In this document: positions 29,351 through 44,056 of the stretch, piece after piece
Layout: every line of letters begins with the position of its first letter
Position numbering within the stretch: position 1 is the first letter of the stretch
DNA from: the human T2T-CHM13v2.0 reference genome, Homo sapiens
Strand: one strand, 5' to 3'
Assembly: GCF_009914755.1 (NCBI RefSeq)
Contig: NC_060947.1
DNA length: 64,000 nt
Made by a program: the position numbers and the translations under genes
Notes under the pieces: model-generated
What the model was told of the DNA's origin: nothing
Database searches by the model: none
Seen by the model: the letters and a program-made list of their open reading frames with translations, nothing else

Positions 29351-32300
29351 TTAAGGCTGTTTTCTATATCTAGTAGGCATGCGTCATTCTATTTTATTCT
29401 TTTTTCTTTTGTCTCCTTTGTGTATTTTTAAATAGCCTGTTTTTAAGCTTACTAATTGTTTCTTCAGCTTTATCATTTCTGCTCTTAAGAGACTGATGCA
29501 TTCTTCAGTATGACATTGCATTTTCTAACTTCAGAATTTCTGCTCGATTATTTGTAATTATTTATGTCTCTTTGTTAAATTTTTCTGCTGGGATTCCAAA
29601 TTCCTTCTCTGTGTTATCTTGAATTTCATTGGATTTCCTCAAAACAGGTATTTTGAATTCTCCATCTGAAAGGTCACATACATATTTTCCTCTCCAGGTT
29701 TGGTCCCCGATGCCTTAATTCATTTATTGAGGATATGTTTTCCTTAATGGTCTTGATTCTTATGGATATTCCTTGGTGTCCGGGTGTTGATTAATTAAAT
29801 ATTTATTGTAGTCTTGGCACTCGGGGCTTGTTTGTACCCATCCTTCTTGGGAAGACTTTTCAGGTATTTGAAGGGACCTGACTATTGTGATCTAAGTTTT
29901 TGGTCACTGCAGTCGTATCTTCACTAGGGGCATCCCAAGCCCACTAATGCTGTGGCTTTTGCAGACTTGTAGGGGAACTGCCTTGGTGGTATTGGATAAT
30001 ATCTGGAAGAATTCTCTGTATTGTCAGGCAGAGACTCTTGTTCTTCTTCCTTACTGTCTCCTAAACAGTCTCTATTCTGTGTGCTGAGCTACCTGGAGCT
30101 GGGGAAGGGGTGATGTAAATGCTCCTGTGGCGACCACCACTGGGACTGCGCTGGGTCAGACCTGAAGGCAGCAGAACACTGGTTCTCATACAAGGCGTAT
30201 GGTAAACACTGCCAGGCTATTGCCTGTGTTTGCTCAAGGCCCTAGGGTTCTACGGTTAGCATGTGCCAAAGCCAGCCAGGGTTGTCTTCTTCCCTTCAGG
30301 GCAGTGAGTACCCTTTGGCCTTGGGCTGATCCAAAGATGCCATCTGGGACCCAGGGCCTGGAGTTGGTAACCTTAGAAATCTGCCTAGTGCTTTTTTCTG
30401 AGAGCCGAGCTGGGTCCCAAGCCACAAGACAAAGTCTGTCCCACACTTCCCTCCCCTTTTCACAAGCAGAGGAGGTTCTCCGTGTGGCCATCACCACCCC
30501 AGGCCTGCAGCAAATACTGCTTGACTACTTTGATGTTCATTGAAGGCCGAAGGGCTCTTCAGGCAGCTTGCGGTGAATGCCTCCTGGCCTGGGACTCACC
30601 CTTCAGGTGAATGTGCTCCCCTCTGGCACAGGGCAGGTCCAGAAATGTCATCCAGGAGCCAAGGCCTGGAATCAGGGACCACAAGAGCCTGCTTGGTGTT
30701 CTACCCTGCTGTAGCAGAGCTGATACCTAAGCTATGAGGAAATTCACCCTTACTCTTCCCTCTGCTTTCCTCAAGCAAAACTAGTGTCTCCCTGTAGGCA
30801 TCAAAGCTGTGAATGTATTGGGTCACACCTGAAGCCAGCATATCCCTGACTGTCATTCAAGGCCCACAGCTAGTATTTCCTGGCTACCACTGCTAACTAC
30901 TTAGTCAGTGCCCAAGGGCTCTTTAGTAAGCAGGTGATGAATCCTGCCAGGAGTCTGTCTTTCCCTTCAAAGCAATGTGTTCCCTTCTGGACCAGGATAT
31001 GTCTAGAAATGTCATCTGGTAGTTAGGGTCTGCAGTGGGGGCTTTAGGACTCTTCATGGTGCCCTGTCCTTCTGTGGCTGAGCTGGTATCCAAGTGGCAA
31101 AACAAAGTCCTCTTTACTCTTCCCTTTCCTCTCCTCAAGTGGAAGGAAGGGGTCTCTACCTAAGCTGTGGGCTGCACTGCCTGGGTGGTGGTGGGGGGCT
31201 GACACAAGCACTCCCTTGGCTGACCCTAATGGTATCTCACTAAGTTATATGCCCCCAACCAAGTCCACTGACTCCGTGCCCACCACACCAGGAGGAGTTG
31301 CCCAGGAATGGCAGTTCTTGTGGCCGAGACTGTGTTATAAGTTGATTTAGGACTGCAGAACACTTTAGCCTGTGGTGGTGAGGTTTGCAGTGAATCAGGT
31401 ACAAATTGCTGGCATATGCCCTACCTCTCTTGGTTAGGGCTTATCTAAATGTTCCCTCTGTGGGCACTGGCTGAGTTCTACCCCATATTGCTTTCTGCTA
31501 TGACATGTCAGCATTGGGTTACAATGCAAAGTCCCACAATCATTGTGCTCTCTCTTCCCAAAGTGCATAGAATCTGTCTCCATGCCATGTGGCCACTGCC
31601 AGGAGGTGTATGTTGGGGGTGGGGAGTGGTGGGATAGGGATGGGGGGGATGGTGTTGGTGATTCAAAATGGTCTTTCCTACCTTCTTCACTGCTTCTTTT
31701 CAGTGGTATGAATTTAAAACCAGGTACTATGATAGCTTACCTGATTTTTGGTTCTCATGAAGGTGATTTTTGTGTGGATGGTTGTTCAATTTGGTGTTCT
31801 TGTGGGGAGGATGATCACAGTAGACTTCTATTTGGCCACCTTGTTATGCTTGCCTCCTGTAATTCCTGTTTCAGTTTATTCATCCTGAAATTAAGAAGTA
31901 GAAGAGAAGAATGGCAGATAGTGGCTTTCCTAGAGGAAAATTTTATATGACGTTTCAGAACATTATTTTTATTGTTATGAAGGAAATTTAGTACTTGTAA
32001 AAATTATCATACTGAACAGTTTTAGATCAAACCTAGGTACAACTACGGTATGATCTAAGATGACATATAGATCTTTCCCATTGTACTTTTCCAATGCAAA
32101 CCACACCTCTTTCCTGTCTTTATTTTTGTTTCTACATTTTCCTTTCCCTTTTATTTCCCGTTTCCAGGCTTCTCCCTATCTTCTCTTTTTCCTTTAGTCT
32201 GTTCTACACAAATGTGTGCTTAGCAGAAAATTACAACCTATACTGGAGAAGGAAACAATCTAAATCTTTATATCTTTCAAAAATTTACCCCACATAATAT

Positions 32301-32597
32301 TATTCATGATCATGATGAAATTTTCAAATGGTTTTGTTTTACTTCAAAAAGGAAACTCAAGAAAAGAAGCAAACTCTTAATTAATTGCTGTAATTCCCAT
32401 ATTTGCCTACATGTATATGTTCCTGTTATCCTTTTAAATTAAACACATGAATATGTGAATTACACTCAAAGTATTCTTCTCTGTAAAAATTACAGTAGTC
32501 ATAACTATTTATAAATGATAACCTGAAGCCCAGTTACTTCATAGTCCTTTAAATTCCATTTGATAAGCATGTTGTGTATTGTTTAGTCCTTGCTCGC

Positions 32598-33290
<693 letters not shown>

Positions 33291-33529
33291 ATGTTACAAA
33301 GTTGAGTAAGATGGTTCCTGTTTGGAAGGAACCCTTCTTGCCACTTGGGAGATGGACATGAAAACAATTAGCCACCACTCATTTTGGATAGTGATATTGT
33401 AGGTTAAGATTCTACAGGAACATAGGGAGATAGTATTTCTCAATTTGTCTCAACTGGAAAAGCTTTATAGGACATACAATCGTAGTGCTGAACAAAATAG
33501 TTCCTGAGGTGAATGACCTCAATGATCAC

Positions 33530-33765
33530 AAGATAATAGCCACTAACATTTATTGGAAGGTTACTCTGTGCTAGCCACTGTTCTAAACACATTACATGCA
33601 TTCTCTGATTTAATGTTCACAACCATCTGAAGTAGATACTATTATTGAAGCCTAGTTAAGGGAAAAAATGTTGAAGCTCCAGATGGTTAAATAACTCCTC
33701 TACTCTCTCATGGAAATGACAGAACTGGGTGTTGAGCTGGGACAGTTTGACTCTAGATTCTTTGT
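33530..33765 (-). mobile_element. MIR SINE
   Basis: 'actaacatttattggaaggttactctgtgctagccactgttctaaacac...ttcacaaccatctgaagtagatactattatt...cagtttgactctaga'. Confidence 0.75.
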
Positions 33766-35949
33766 CCACATGTATATCCCATGAAAATGGAACTTATTAA
33801 ATGGCATATTGTCATTTTATATAAAATTTGAACAGTTTTATCCTCACTTCCATTTGTCACCTCTTTAAGTACATTTCTCACTATTCTTCAGTGTACATTT
33901 TCTAATCCAAACTGACTAAATTGTACACTCTTTTCCAACGTTATCTTTGTAAACTTACTACCTCTGTGCATTTAATAGTAAACAACCTAAAATATCAAGT
34001 TCTTCAGTATTTTGAATAGTTAACTGTACACATTTCTTTATATGGGTGTGGGATTATAGAAAATTTAACATTTATTGACTGTCTCTCCTAGCAAAGGAAC
34101 CATAGTGGGTGGTTCTTCATCACAACATTGGAAAATACATATTATTAAAGAATGTTATAGCTAAGAACAGTGCAAATAAACCATTTGTCCAAGTTCACAC
34201 AGCAGAATCTACATCTACAGTTTCTTCACACCACTTTTTATATTCTTTTCCTTTGCATATCCCACCTCTCAAACTAACTGGAAGCCACAGGCAATCTTGC
34301 TGCCTCTCTCAACTTAGCTAAGTCTCTCCCTTGCTGTTGCTCTTGTTTGCCTGCTGATGCTGGAAGGTTCAGGCATCCACACTAATTCAGTAATTTAGAA
34401 ATGTATTTAATTCAGTAATTAGGATTTCTTTAATGCCAGCACTTAGGCCTCAACTACTGAGGTATGGCGTGTTCACTGACAACCACATGAAGTGACAGCT
34501 GACAGCAAGGGAGAAGACAAAATACCTATAAAAAGCAGACAGAAAAACTATTAAATGACAGCAGACTGGGACCATGAGCCTTTCCTGGTATTCTCTCTGT
34601 GCATTTCTCTCCAACTGAAAACTGACAAGCAAGAGCAGAGCAGCTGTCCACCCCCTTTTCTCCATGACTATTTTCTGCTCATTGAACACAGAAAGAAAAA
34701 GTGGGGGAGGGAGAGTTATTTCTCCAGGCCTTTCAGTTTGCTCTGTGTTTAGTCCATGACTGCTTCTTTTTCCTTATAAAGATGGCTGTACAACAGACCA
34801 AGGCAATGCTCAGCTCTCAGCAACTTTGTTAACCAATTCAAGGTGGTTTCCCAAGGAGGCTTCCTTACGGCATCATTCTGTTCTTGCAGACTGCTTTTCT
34901 GCAGTGAACTCTTATTCATTCTGCCAGGTTCAAAGGCTACTTTTTCCCTGTTGCTTTCCCTGGTCAAATGGGTCTTCAAAAACAAATTCTGGAGATGAGA
35001 TCTCTGACTAACATTAGGAAATCTTGGTGCACTTGCAGGGTGATGTTTGAGATAACAAATCTGGCACCTGGACATGGCACTGGAGTGGGAGAAGTTTGGG
35101 GCAGGGGCATGAGCTATATGACTGTTTTAGCAACCAAGAAGTAAGATAACTAAAACTTAGAAACTATTAATAGCTATGGACATACAAGGGAAGGAAGGCG
35201 GAATCAGTGAGCATTGATGTTGGAGTCAAAGGATTGACTGGCTGATAAGCCTAGGAAAGTAGAGAATGGCTCTGATGATAGAAAAATAGGAAAGAGCCTC
35301 TTTGTGATGCAGTGTATTATTTCTATCTTTCCCATGTTTATTTTCATGACACAGTGGGATGTATAAGTAGTGATGAGTTTTAAGCAACAGAAATATAAAT
35401 ATGGAAAGATGAGCTTTCTAAGATTGTCAGTGAGGAGAGAGGAACCAGAAATACATTATTGCACTATGGGGTTAATGACAAAAGAAGGAAGAGGTAGAAA
35501 AGAAGGGATGGTGATCATTGTTTAAGTAATAGTTCAGGAAGATGGATAATGGAAAGGAATTCGGGGGAAATTTACAGGCAAAGTGGGAATATCTGCGAAC
35601 CAGGTTGTTGGGTCCTAAGGAGGGAATGTGATTTGTTTCTTGGCTTTGTTTCTTAGATTTTATTTTCGTAAAATTTGCCTTTTTGTTTTGGATTTCTGGA
35701 GTTAATACTTCTGTTGCGTACTTTTCTTTGCCTCTATTTCTCCTCATACTTGTTTTCCACTCTTCCTCATGAAACATAATGTTTTTATCTGTTTTTCCTA
35801 ATCCCAGTATAAATCTTGGCATCCACCTTTACAACACCTTGAACCAGATAAATTCTACAGCTTCTACTGCTCTGAGAACTATAGACATTTGTCAGAAACT
35901 GCCTGTGAGAGACCATCAGCTTTTTTCAGAGTGGGTAGGAGAATCTGAA

Positions 35950-36200
35950 GCTCTAGTGTGGTGCTTAATGGCAATGAAAACGCGTCAGTGTGCTTGATTT
36001 GGAAACAGGCACTGCCACTTACTAGCTAAGTGACCTTAGGAAAGTTATCTAACCTCTTACATCTCAGGTTCCTTATCTGTTAAATAGGAAGGACAATAAT
36101 ATTACCTCATAGGGTTTTCATGATGGTAAAAATAAAGAAAATATTTAGTGGTCTAGTCCATGGTAAATGTTATATGAGTGTTTGGTGCCATTATTATTGT
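35950..36200 (+). mobile_element. MIR SINE
   Basis: Core 'ctgccacttactagctaagtgaccttaggaaagttatctaacctct...ctcaggttccttatctgttaaatagg'. Confidence 0.8.
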
Positions 36201-37001
36201 TATTGTGTTCTTGTTATTCTGATGTATCAGTATATAGAGTTAAAACATGTGTATCGCTTAGGAATATATCCAACTTTTAGACCTAATTTTATTTTTTAGT
36301 ATATTTGAGAAAGTTATCCTTAAAGCAGTTGCTTTTATTTTAAAAATAAAATGTTTAATTCTGTCTCTGTAAAGAATGGATAATGATTACATGAAAACAT
36401 ATTTCAGAAAGAATGGGGATAAGTAGCATTGTTTAAATCTAAAAATTATATAAATAACATGAAAGATACATGGGGAAAAAATTAGGCTACATATAGTGTT
36501 ACAGTCATCAAAATGTACCATATTTAGCTTAAAATATTCTGCAATACTAACTGTTATATGGGAACCAATTAAAAAGGCATTCTTGAGGATATTTCATTTC
36601 TTATCAGGTAAATAAATGCTCTGCCCTCCATAAATCTACCACTATTTCATTTTGGGGAAGGTCTTGTTTTGATTTTCATTGATGCACAATAAAAAGTGAC
36701 TCAAGTCAATTGTTTCCATTGTCTTTCCTATGTGTATTCATTTGTCATTTATTCTTTAAGTGACCTGCCTTCTGACAATCCTTCCAAGCTTCTTATAGTA
36801 GCAAGTATCCAATATGCTGACCTTACATCAAAGTTACTTTTTCTATTGTTTGATGTTATTATCTGTGCTTAAAAAATGACTCGTGTAAATATGTGTCGGT
36901 GTACATGTTAACATGGCATTTTCTAAATTGGGTGGCTTTGTAACACATCTTCCTCAATTTAAGCAAATACTGCCTCAAAATATCTTTTAAAAAAGCCTCA
37001 T

Positions 37002-37086
37002 GTATGGAGGTTGCAGTGAGCTGACATTGAGCCACTGCACTCCAGCCTGGGCGACAGAGCGAGACGCCATCTGAAAAAAAAAAAAA
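37002..37086 (+). mobile_element. Severely 5'-truncated Alu (3' end of the right arm plus A tail)
   Basis: 'ggaggttgcagtgag...ctgggcgacagagcgagacgccatct' plus poly-A; 13-bp TSD aaaaaagcctcat (36989-37001, 37087-37099) at a tttt/aaaa site. Confidence 0.93.
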
Positions 37087-39892
37087 AAAAAAGCCTCATC
37101 TAGCAGTTTACAGCAGATGATCTGTGTAAGACAAAATTAATAGCTGTATCTGGAGTACTCTAAATGTGGATTTATACACTAACCTATATATTGATCAATT
37201 CCTCTATGCTTGCTTTGGTTTTGAGCAAATTATATTTAAATAAGTTTGTTGCTAGGAATGTCTTAAAAAGCTACTCACCCTTTTTGTTAGAAGTAAGTAA
37301 AATGATTATGTCAGGACCTGCCATTAACTTGGTATAGTACGAATATATCCTCAGAATACTGATAAAATGGTATGTCTTGAAACAAATCACAAACTGTCAA
37401 TATGTTGGTGATGAATTTCTTCTGTTTTCATTTGGATCAGTAGGTGGGGCAGTTCACCAAGTGTGAGATCGACATTTAATGTTTTCATGAAATGCAAACC
37501 CATCAGTGGCTAATTTGTGAAAAATAGATGTTGGGCTTTTCTTAAGGCTAAATTGTTCCCATTTGTTTTAGAGAACAACTCACTTAGCCTATGAGTTTAT
37601 GCAATTTGGCAGAAAGTGAAAACATATTTGGAAGTATTGAAAGTCACTCATTGTTGATCTTTTATATTGGAATGCCAAGGTTGCATCATCAGAGTGTCGT
37701 TATGAAAAAAATCAAATAAAATTAGAAGAAAGAATCAGCCTTCTTTATAAACAGAGAGATACTATATATTTTAGGCTACTGATCTTTACTGTGTCTGTAT
37801 AAAACGTTGGTCATGTTGATGGAGTTTATGCTTTCTCTCTTCAGGTTCATTCTGACATGTCAGGATATGGAAAGTCCTTTTTTCCCCCCTTAATAGTTTG
37901 AGACTGTAGCCACTGTTTCCAGAATGGAGTGCTATTGATACCTTTGACAAGTTGCTTGCCACAAAGAAAATTGCTCAAAAGGAGCTGCCCAATTCTTAGC
38001 TGCTATGTATTTAACTGTTGTCACGGCTTCTGTTGTTTCCAAGCTGTCCCACCATAATGTAATTTGTTTTAATCTCTTAAAGTATATCATTGCTTACATC
38101 ATTATGCCCATCTACTTTGTTTATAGCTGCCTCAGCTCATGCTGCAAGTCTTCATGGTTGTGTGATAAGAAAGAGAATATATCAGTTTCACGGAGAAACG
38201 TGGTGGTGGTCTAGTCTTGCTGGTTAATGTTGAATGTGACTATTTTTTAAATCCTTGGCACGACTGGCAGTCTGTGAGGTGTGTCACGGGCCTCCATCAT
38301 GGTGGTGGGTATGAAGCTGTGCACTACTTCTGTTTTTAACACCTTCCTTGGAGCTGCCTGAAGAAAATTGCAGGAATTTTTTAGGCACATCTACTGGAAA
38401 GTGCTTATTTTAATATTTGTCAACGTAATTACCAGAAAACATTAACCCTGAAGTGTGTCTCTCAATACAAACTTGATAATCACTAAATATTTTTAATATA
38501 GGCCTTTGAGGAAAACATCGTAAATATCATTAGTCTTATTTTTCTCTATGAATTTTATTTACTATGCATTAGTTGTTTAGAATTATCTTTTTTCTCCTTT
38601 GTTTGATGGTAGTGAGAGAAGAACACTACTTTTTGGAAGATTATAAATAGTACATTAAGTGAAAGGTCATAAATACTGTAAAACTTCAATAAAGCACTGG
38701 GCAACAACATGAATTCACATATGCATTGAATGGGGAGGAAGAGTTAGGAAGTGACCCTCAAGAATTTGGGACCTTCTTTGTTCATTTTACAGTCATATAT
38801 GTTCAATGTAAGTTCCACTGTCCTTGTTTTAATGCTTTCATGAGATGATATAGATAAATTGAAATATATGGTTTTTAACTAAATTCAAGATAACACAAGT
38901 CTCCATTTTATGTAATTTAATTTTTTAGACTCCACCTGTGATCTTATGGCGCAGCTCGATGGCAGTTGGAGGTGCAAGTGATTCCCAATAATGAATCACC
39001 TTTCAAATGTTTCAATGATGATGTGATAGAAAAGACAGCTGCAGTAGTGTGACTTAAAAAGAAATTACCTGACTGCCCTTTTTTCCCAATTACTGGCACA
39101 ATCTTCATGAAATCCAAATAAACTTAATAGAAGGAGGAAAAGCCATGTGAGTGGAGCTGACCTGCCACAAATTAATTATACTTAGTACTTTGTGCCAGCA
39201 TGGCATGGTGGAGAGCCAGGACTCGAGAGAAACACATAAATATAGCAGGATCTTAGTTGCCTAGGTGAGCAAGGAAATTGCTGCTTGCAAAACATGTTGG
39301 AAGTTATTAGTTAGCATAAGATGTTTTAGCATTTGCATTTATTAATCTGACTTATGCATTTAAAATATGTTTCTGTATTTTACAAGACCAGATCTGGAGG
39401 AGGCTAAATGCCCCAAGTTTCCTTTCACACCAACATCATATGCTCATATATATTCAGTTGATTAATTATTTTAAATAAAGTGCAGCTGTCTTGTCATGTT
39501 AACAGGCCTCTAATTTTATTTGCCTATTCATATGTGAAACAGGAGAGGCTAGCATCTTAAAAATTCAGTGTAAAAGTTTATATGTACATGTTTATTTTAT
39601 AACATTTTGGGGTGATTTTTAAAAATTATTTTTCAGACATTGTCAAATAAGGTAGTAAAACAAGATTCAGGTATTATTGGTTCTTCATTTTTATTTTTAT
39701 GAGAAGTACTGCATTTGCTTTGCTGCTATTGCGACAGCATTGCCAGTAGACCAACATATACCACATATACTTTTGCTTTTAAATCCTGCTTAAGATACAT
39801 TGATTTTAATAGAGGAAATTAGTGATATATTAAAAACCCATGAGCTTAATTAGCCATTCACGAATGACTAGTGCTATATTCTATTTGTTATT

Positions 39893-40570
39893 GTTTTAAT
39901 TAACAGACTACTTTTTAAAGAGCATTTTAGGTTTACTGGAAAATTGCATGGAAAGTCCTATGTATATGCTCATCTCCTCCCTGCTCTCCAGTTTCCCCTA
40001 TTATTATCTTGTATTAGTGTGGTACATTTTTTACACAATAATCAATATTGGTACATTACTAAAGTCCATAGTTTAGAGTTTACTCTCTGTGTTATATAGT
40101 TCTATGTGTTTTGACACATCATGTATCTACCATTTTAGTATCTTACAGATGGGTTTCACTGCCCTAAAAATCTTCCGTGCCCTACCTATTCATGCCTTCA
40201 TTCCTCCCTCCAAACCCCTGACAACCACTGGTCATTTTTCTGTCTTCATGGTTTTGCCTAAATCTTTCCGGATTCTTTCACTGAGCTTCTGCTTCTTTCA
40301 CTGAGCATTTAAGGTTGTTCCATGTCTTCCAATGGCTTGAAATCTCATTTCTTTTATCGTTGAATAACATTCCACCGTGTGGATGTACCAGCACCTACCA
40401 AAGGACATCTTGGTTGCTTCTAAGTTTTAGTAATTATGAATAAAGCTGCCATAACCGTTTGTGCTCAGGTTTTTCCTGTGTGTGTGGATATAAGTTTTAA
40501 ACTCATTTGGATAAATACTAAGGAGTATGACTGCTCAATCATGGTAAGAGTATGTTTATTTTTATATGGC
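39893..40570 (-). mobile_element. L1MC-like 3' fragment
   Basis: 'agactactttttaaagagcattttaggtttac', 'tagtgtggtacatttt', 'ggacatcttggttgcttctaagttttagtaattatgaataaagctgc'. Confidence 0.85.
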
Positions 40571-41678
40571 TGGTGCTACTTTATCCCTATCCCTCCAGTT
40601 TTATTTTGTTTTGTTTTTTGATATCGGATTAATAGAATTGAACTAATCACAATCCCTTTGTTCTTAACCCACTCTTATCATTGATTTGAGGGTGACTTTT
40701 TATTTAATTAGTTATTTATGATAATATAGTAAGTACTTCTGACCTCACCACCCAATACAAAATCTAGATCCTTGACAATCACATATTTCTTAAGTGTGTG
40801 TACTCCTTTGCATATTCCTTGCCTCCCCTAACCTGAGGCCAGTGCTATTTTAGTTTTAAATTTAATAATGTTTCCATATATATATTCTACATATATGGAT
40901 GGAATTCTAATATATATACGGAATATATATATTCTAAGAGTTCAATGATTATTTAAGACATACTTCTCTAGAATAATCATCCAAATAATTTAAAACAAGA
41001 TTTTGCCTCTGAATATGTAATAGGCATTAATAGATTTTCACTTGGATTTTCTAACATTAGTTTTATCCATTTTGATGCCATTCCTAGTATTAATGATAAA
41101 TTTTTCATTGGCAATATAAAAAGAAAGTCTTCTGCTAAAAAAACTAAGGCTGTTAGTGAAGTTATAAAAATCACAAAAGACTAGGATTGTCGCATCATTA
41201 TGTGAAACAGATCCTTGGGGGAATACATCAGATTGTAATGCCACGACTCCTGTATTTTAAATCTACCTGCACCCTAAAGCTAATGGCAATAATGCCATTT
41301 CAACTGAAACATCAACTGGATTAAAAAAAATCCTAAAGGACAAGGAAAATTCAAGCTCTTGGCTATGCAGTGCTGCAGTTGACCCATTCACTTCTCTGTT
41401 CAGGTAATCTAGTTAACACAGGCTTCAGTATCAATTCATTTTAACAAAGGATGGTTAATGTCATTGTTTGTAACATTTTCTAGTGAGAATAAACCTGAAG
41501 CATACTATATAAATAAGCCCTTGCTTGCGCTGACTCAGGAACACAATTCTTAATTTACTTAGTGCTCTCTGCAGCTACTTGTGTATGTGTGTGCATGTGT
41601 GTGTGCATGTAGGTATATCTTATGGAACTTGCTTCTAATTAACAATACATTAGTCCTCGCTACTTCTAATTAGCAATG

Positions 41679-42205
41679 CGGTAGCCCTGCCTTATCCACA
41701 GGGGGATATAAAACCCACAATGAAACTGCGGATAGTACCGAACTCTGTAAATACTATGTTTTTTTCAAATACGTATGTATTTACAACAAAGTTTAATTTG
41801 TAAATTAGCCATAGTAAGAAACTAACAGCTATAATAATAAAGTAGAACAATAAAAACAGTATGCCAGCATCACTACTCTTGTGCATTAGGGCCGTTATAA
41901 AATAGGGTTACTTGAACACTAGCATGTTACCTCTACAGTTGATTTGATAACCAAGACAACTACTAAGCGACTAATGGATGAGTAGCATACACATTGTGGA
42001 TATGCTGGATGAAGGAATGATTTATGTTCCAGGCGGGATGGAGCAGGACACTGAGAGATTGTATCATGTTACTCAGAGTGGTACACAATTTAAAACTTAT
42101 GAATTGTTTATTTCTGGATTTTCCCATTTAATATCTTTGGACTGCAGTTGACCATGGGTGACTGAAACTGTAGAAAATGAAACCATGGATAAGGAGGGAC
42201 TATTA
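41679..42205 (+). mobile_element. MER44-like (Tigger7-derived) non-autonomous DNA transposon
   Basis: Terminal inverted repeats cggtagccctgccttatcca / tggataaggagggactatta followed by TA; internal 'aatttaaaacttatgaattgtttatttctgga' is characteristic of MER44. Confidence 0.85.
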
Positions 42206-42485
42206 TAGTTAACTTTTGGACATGTGGTGTTTGTAGTAGCAAGGTGATTTTGCAGTTGTACTCATTATCACCTACTGACAAATATTATTATATATAAGGA
42301 AGATTATTTAAGCCATCCAAGAGGAAGTTGCAAGTAAGATGGACATTACTCTTGGTTTCTTCAGATGTTCTTAACTCTTTGAGAAGTAAAAAGTCTGTCT
42401 TTACTCCAGAAGGTAAGATCTTGCTGGATGGGGACCATCTTTCATTCCTCTTAGTGTCCTTAGGGACTTATGCAAAGAAAGACTT

Positions 42486-42813
<328 letters not shown>

Positions 42814-43359
42814 TGAGAGCTTCGAGTAATGTGTTTAGACTTAATATTACAAAAGACTCTCCTAAAGAGCAAAGAATATAATGTGAATGACGTAAAGGTG
42901 TATAAATGAAATTAATAATTAATAAATTAATGAAAAGTATAATAATTTTGAAATATAAGGAATAGTTAATAAGTAGAATAGTAATAGAAATGATTAGGGA
43001 AAATAAGTCATTGGTTATTAATATGTGAGTACATTTGATAAAGAAACACGCTCTGAGGCTTGGTGAGTGGAATGTACTGTATGAATTTACACTATAGTTC
43101 CCATTCAGGAAACAGTGACTAAGCACTTCCTTTGTGCGGAGTACTTTCCCTTGTTCTGGGGTTACAAAGAGGAAATTATATGATTATTGTCATCAGGAAT
43201 CTTATAGTATAATAGATCATCGTGCCTATAAAGAAACAGTCTAATAAAACAGTTGTTATAATGGAAGCATTTGCTAAGTGTCAAAGCAATGGGAATAACA
43301 GGGAAAGAAAACCTAAGTCTGCATTACTGGAGGTGAAGCTGTGAACTACTGATAGAGAG

Positions 43360-43570
43360 TAGGATCTATTACTGGACTGGGAATCAGAAGACCAATTTAT
43401 AATCCCAGCTCTGTACTTTCTAGCCCTGACATCAAGCAAGTCAATTTACTTCTCTGAACCTTTTTCCTTCAATGTAAAGTAAGGATAATAATATTAGGTC
43501 TATCTAGTTTTAGGATTATATTCAGGATAATGAGTAACTGTGAAAATGGTTAGCCTATAAAATGCTATGT
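43360..43570 (+). mobile_element. MIR SINE
   Basis: 'actggactgggaatcagaagacc...aatcccagctctg...gcaagtcaatttacttctctgaacct...tgtaaagtaaggataataata'. Confidence 0.75.
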
Positions 43571-44056
43571 GCATTTGCATATAAGCTGCTTTCACTGTTG
43601 ACAATGTGTGGTGTTGTCCAACCTGACCACCTTTGTTTGGAAGATGGCGTGGTACTATTTTTCTTCTGGTAGGTGGAATAGTAAAAGTTCAGCTGTGAAG
43701 GTTAATTTTTGGGGAAGAAGACCTGCATTAATTCTCCAGGTAGATGTCTATACACAAATGTAAGCTTTTTATTTACAATGTAAGTTATTTACATTGTTAG
43801 CTTTTTCTCTGAAAATGTTTCAAAACTATTGATGAGCATTTTATTTTTAGTAAAGTTATTTCATTATAAAATTAATACTTAGTTGTGGAAAATCTGGAAA
43901 TATCATTGGCAAATTTGGAAAAAAAAATTGTATACATCAAAAAATTATTGTCATCTGGAATTCTGACATCCCAAGATAATTATTTTTAACTTTTAAATAA
44001 TATTCTCAAAATTCATCTCATCAGAGAGATTTATGTTCCTTAAAATGTTAGTATGT

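Noticed and set aside
37100-37720. Processed-pseudogene 3' UTR fragment
   Set aside because: It looks UTR-like and ends in an A-rich patch, but there is no TSD, no ORF and no parent gene I recognise.
40875-40935. Nested inverted repeats in a TA-rich patch
   Set aside because: Low-complexity (TA)n sequence is self-complementary by nature.
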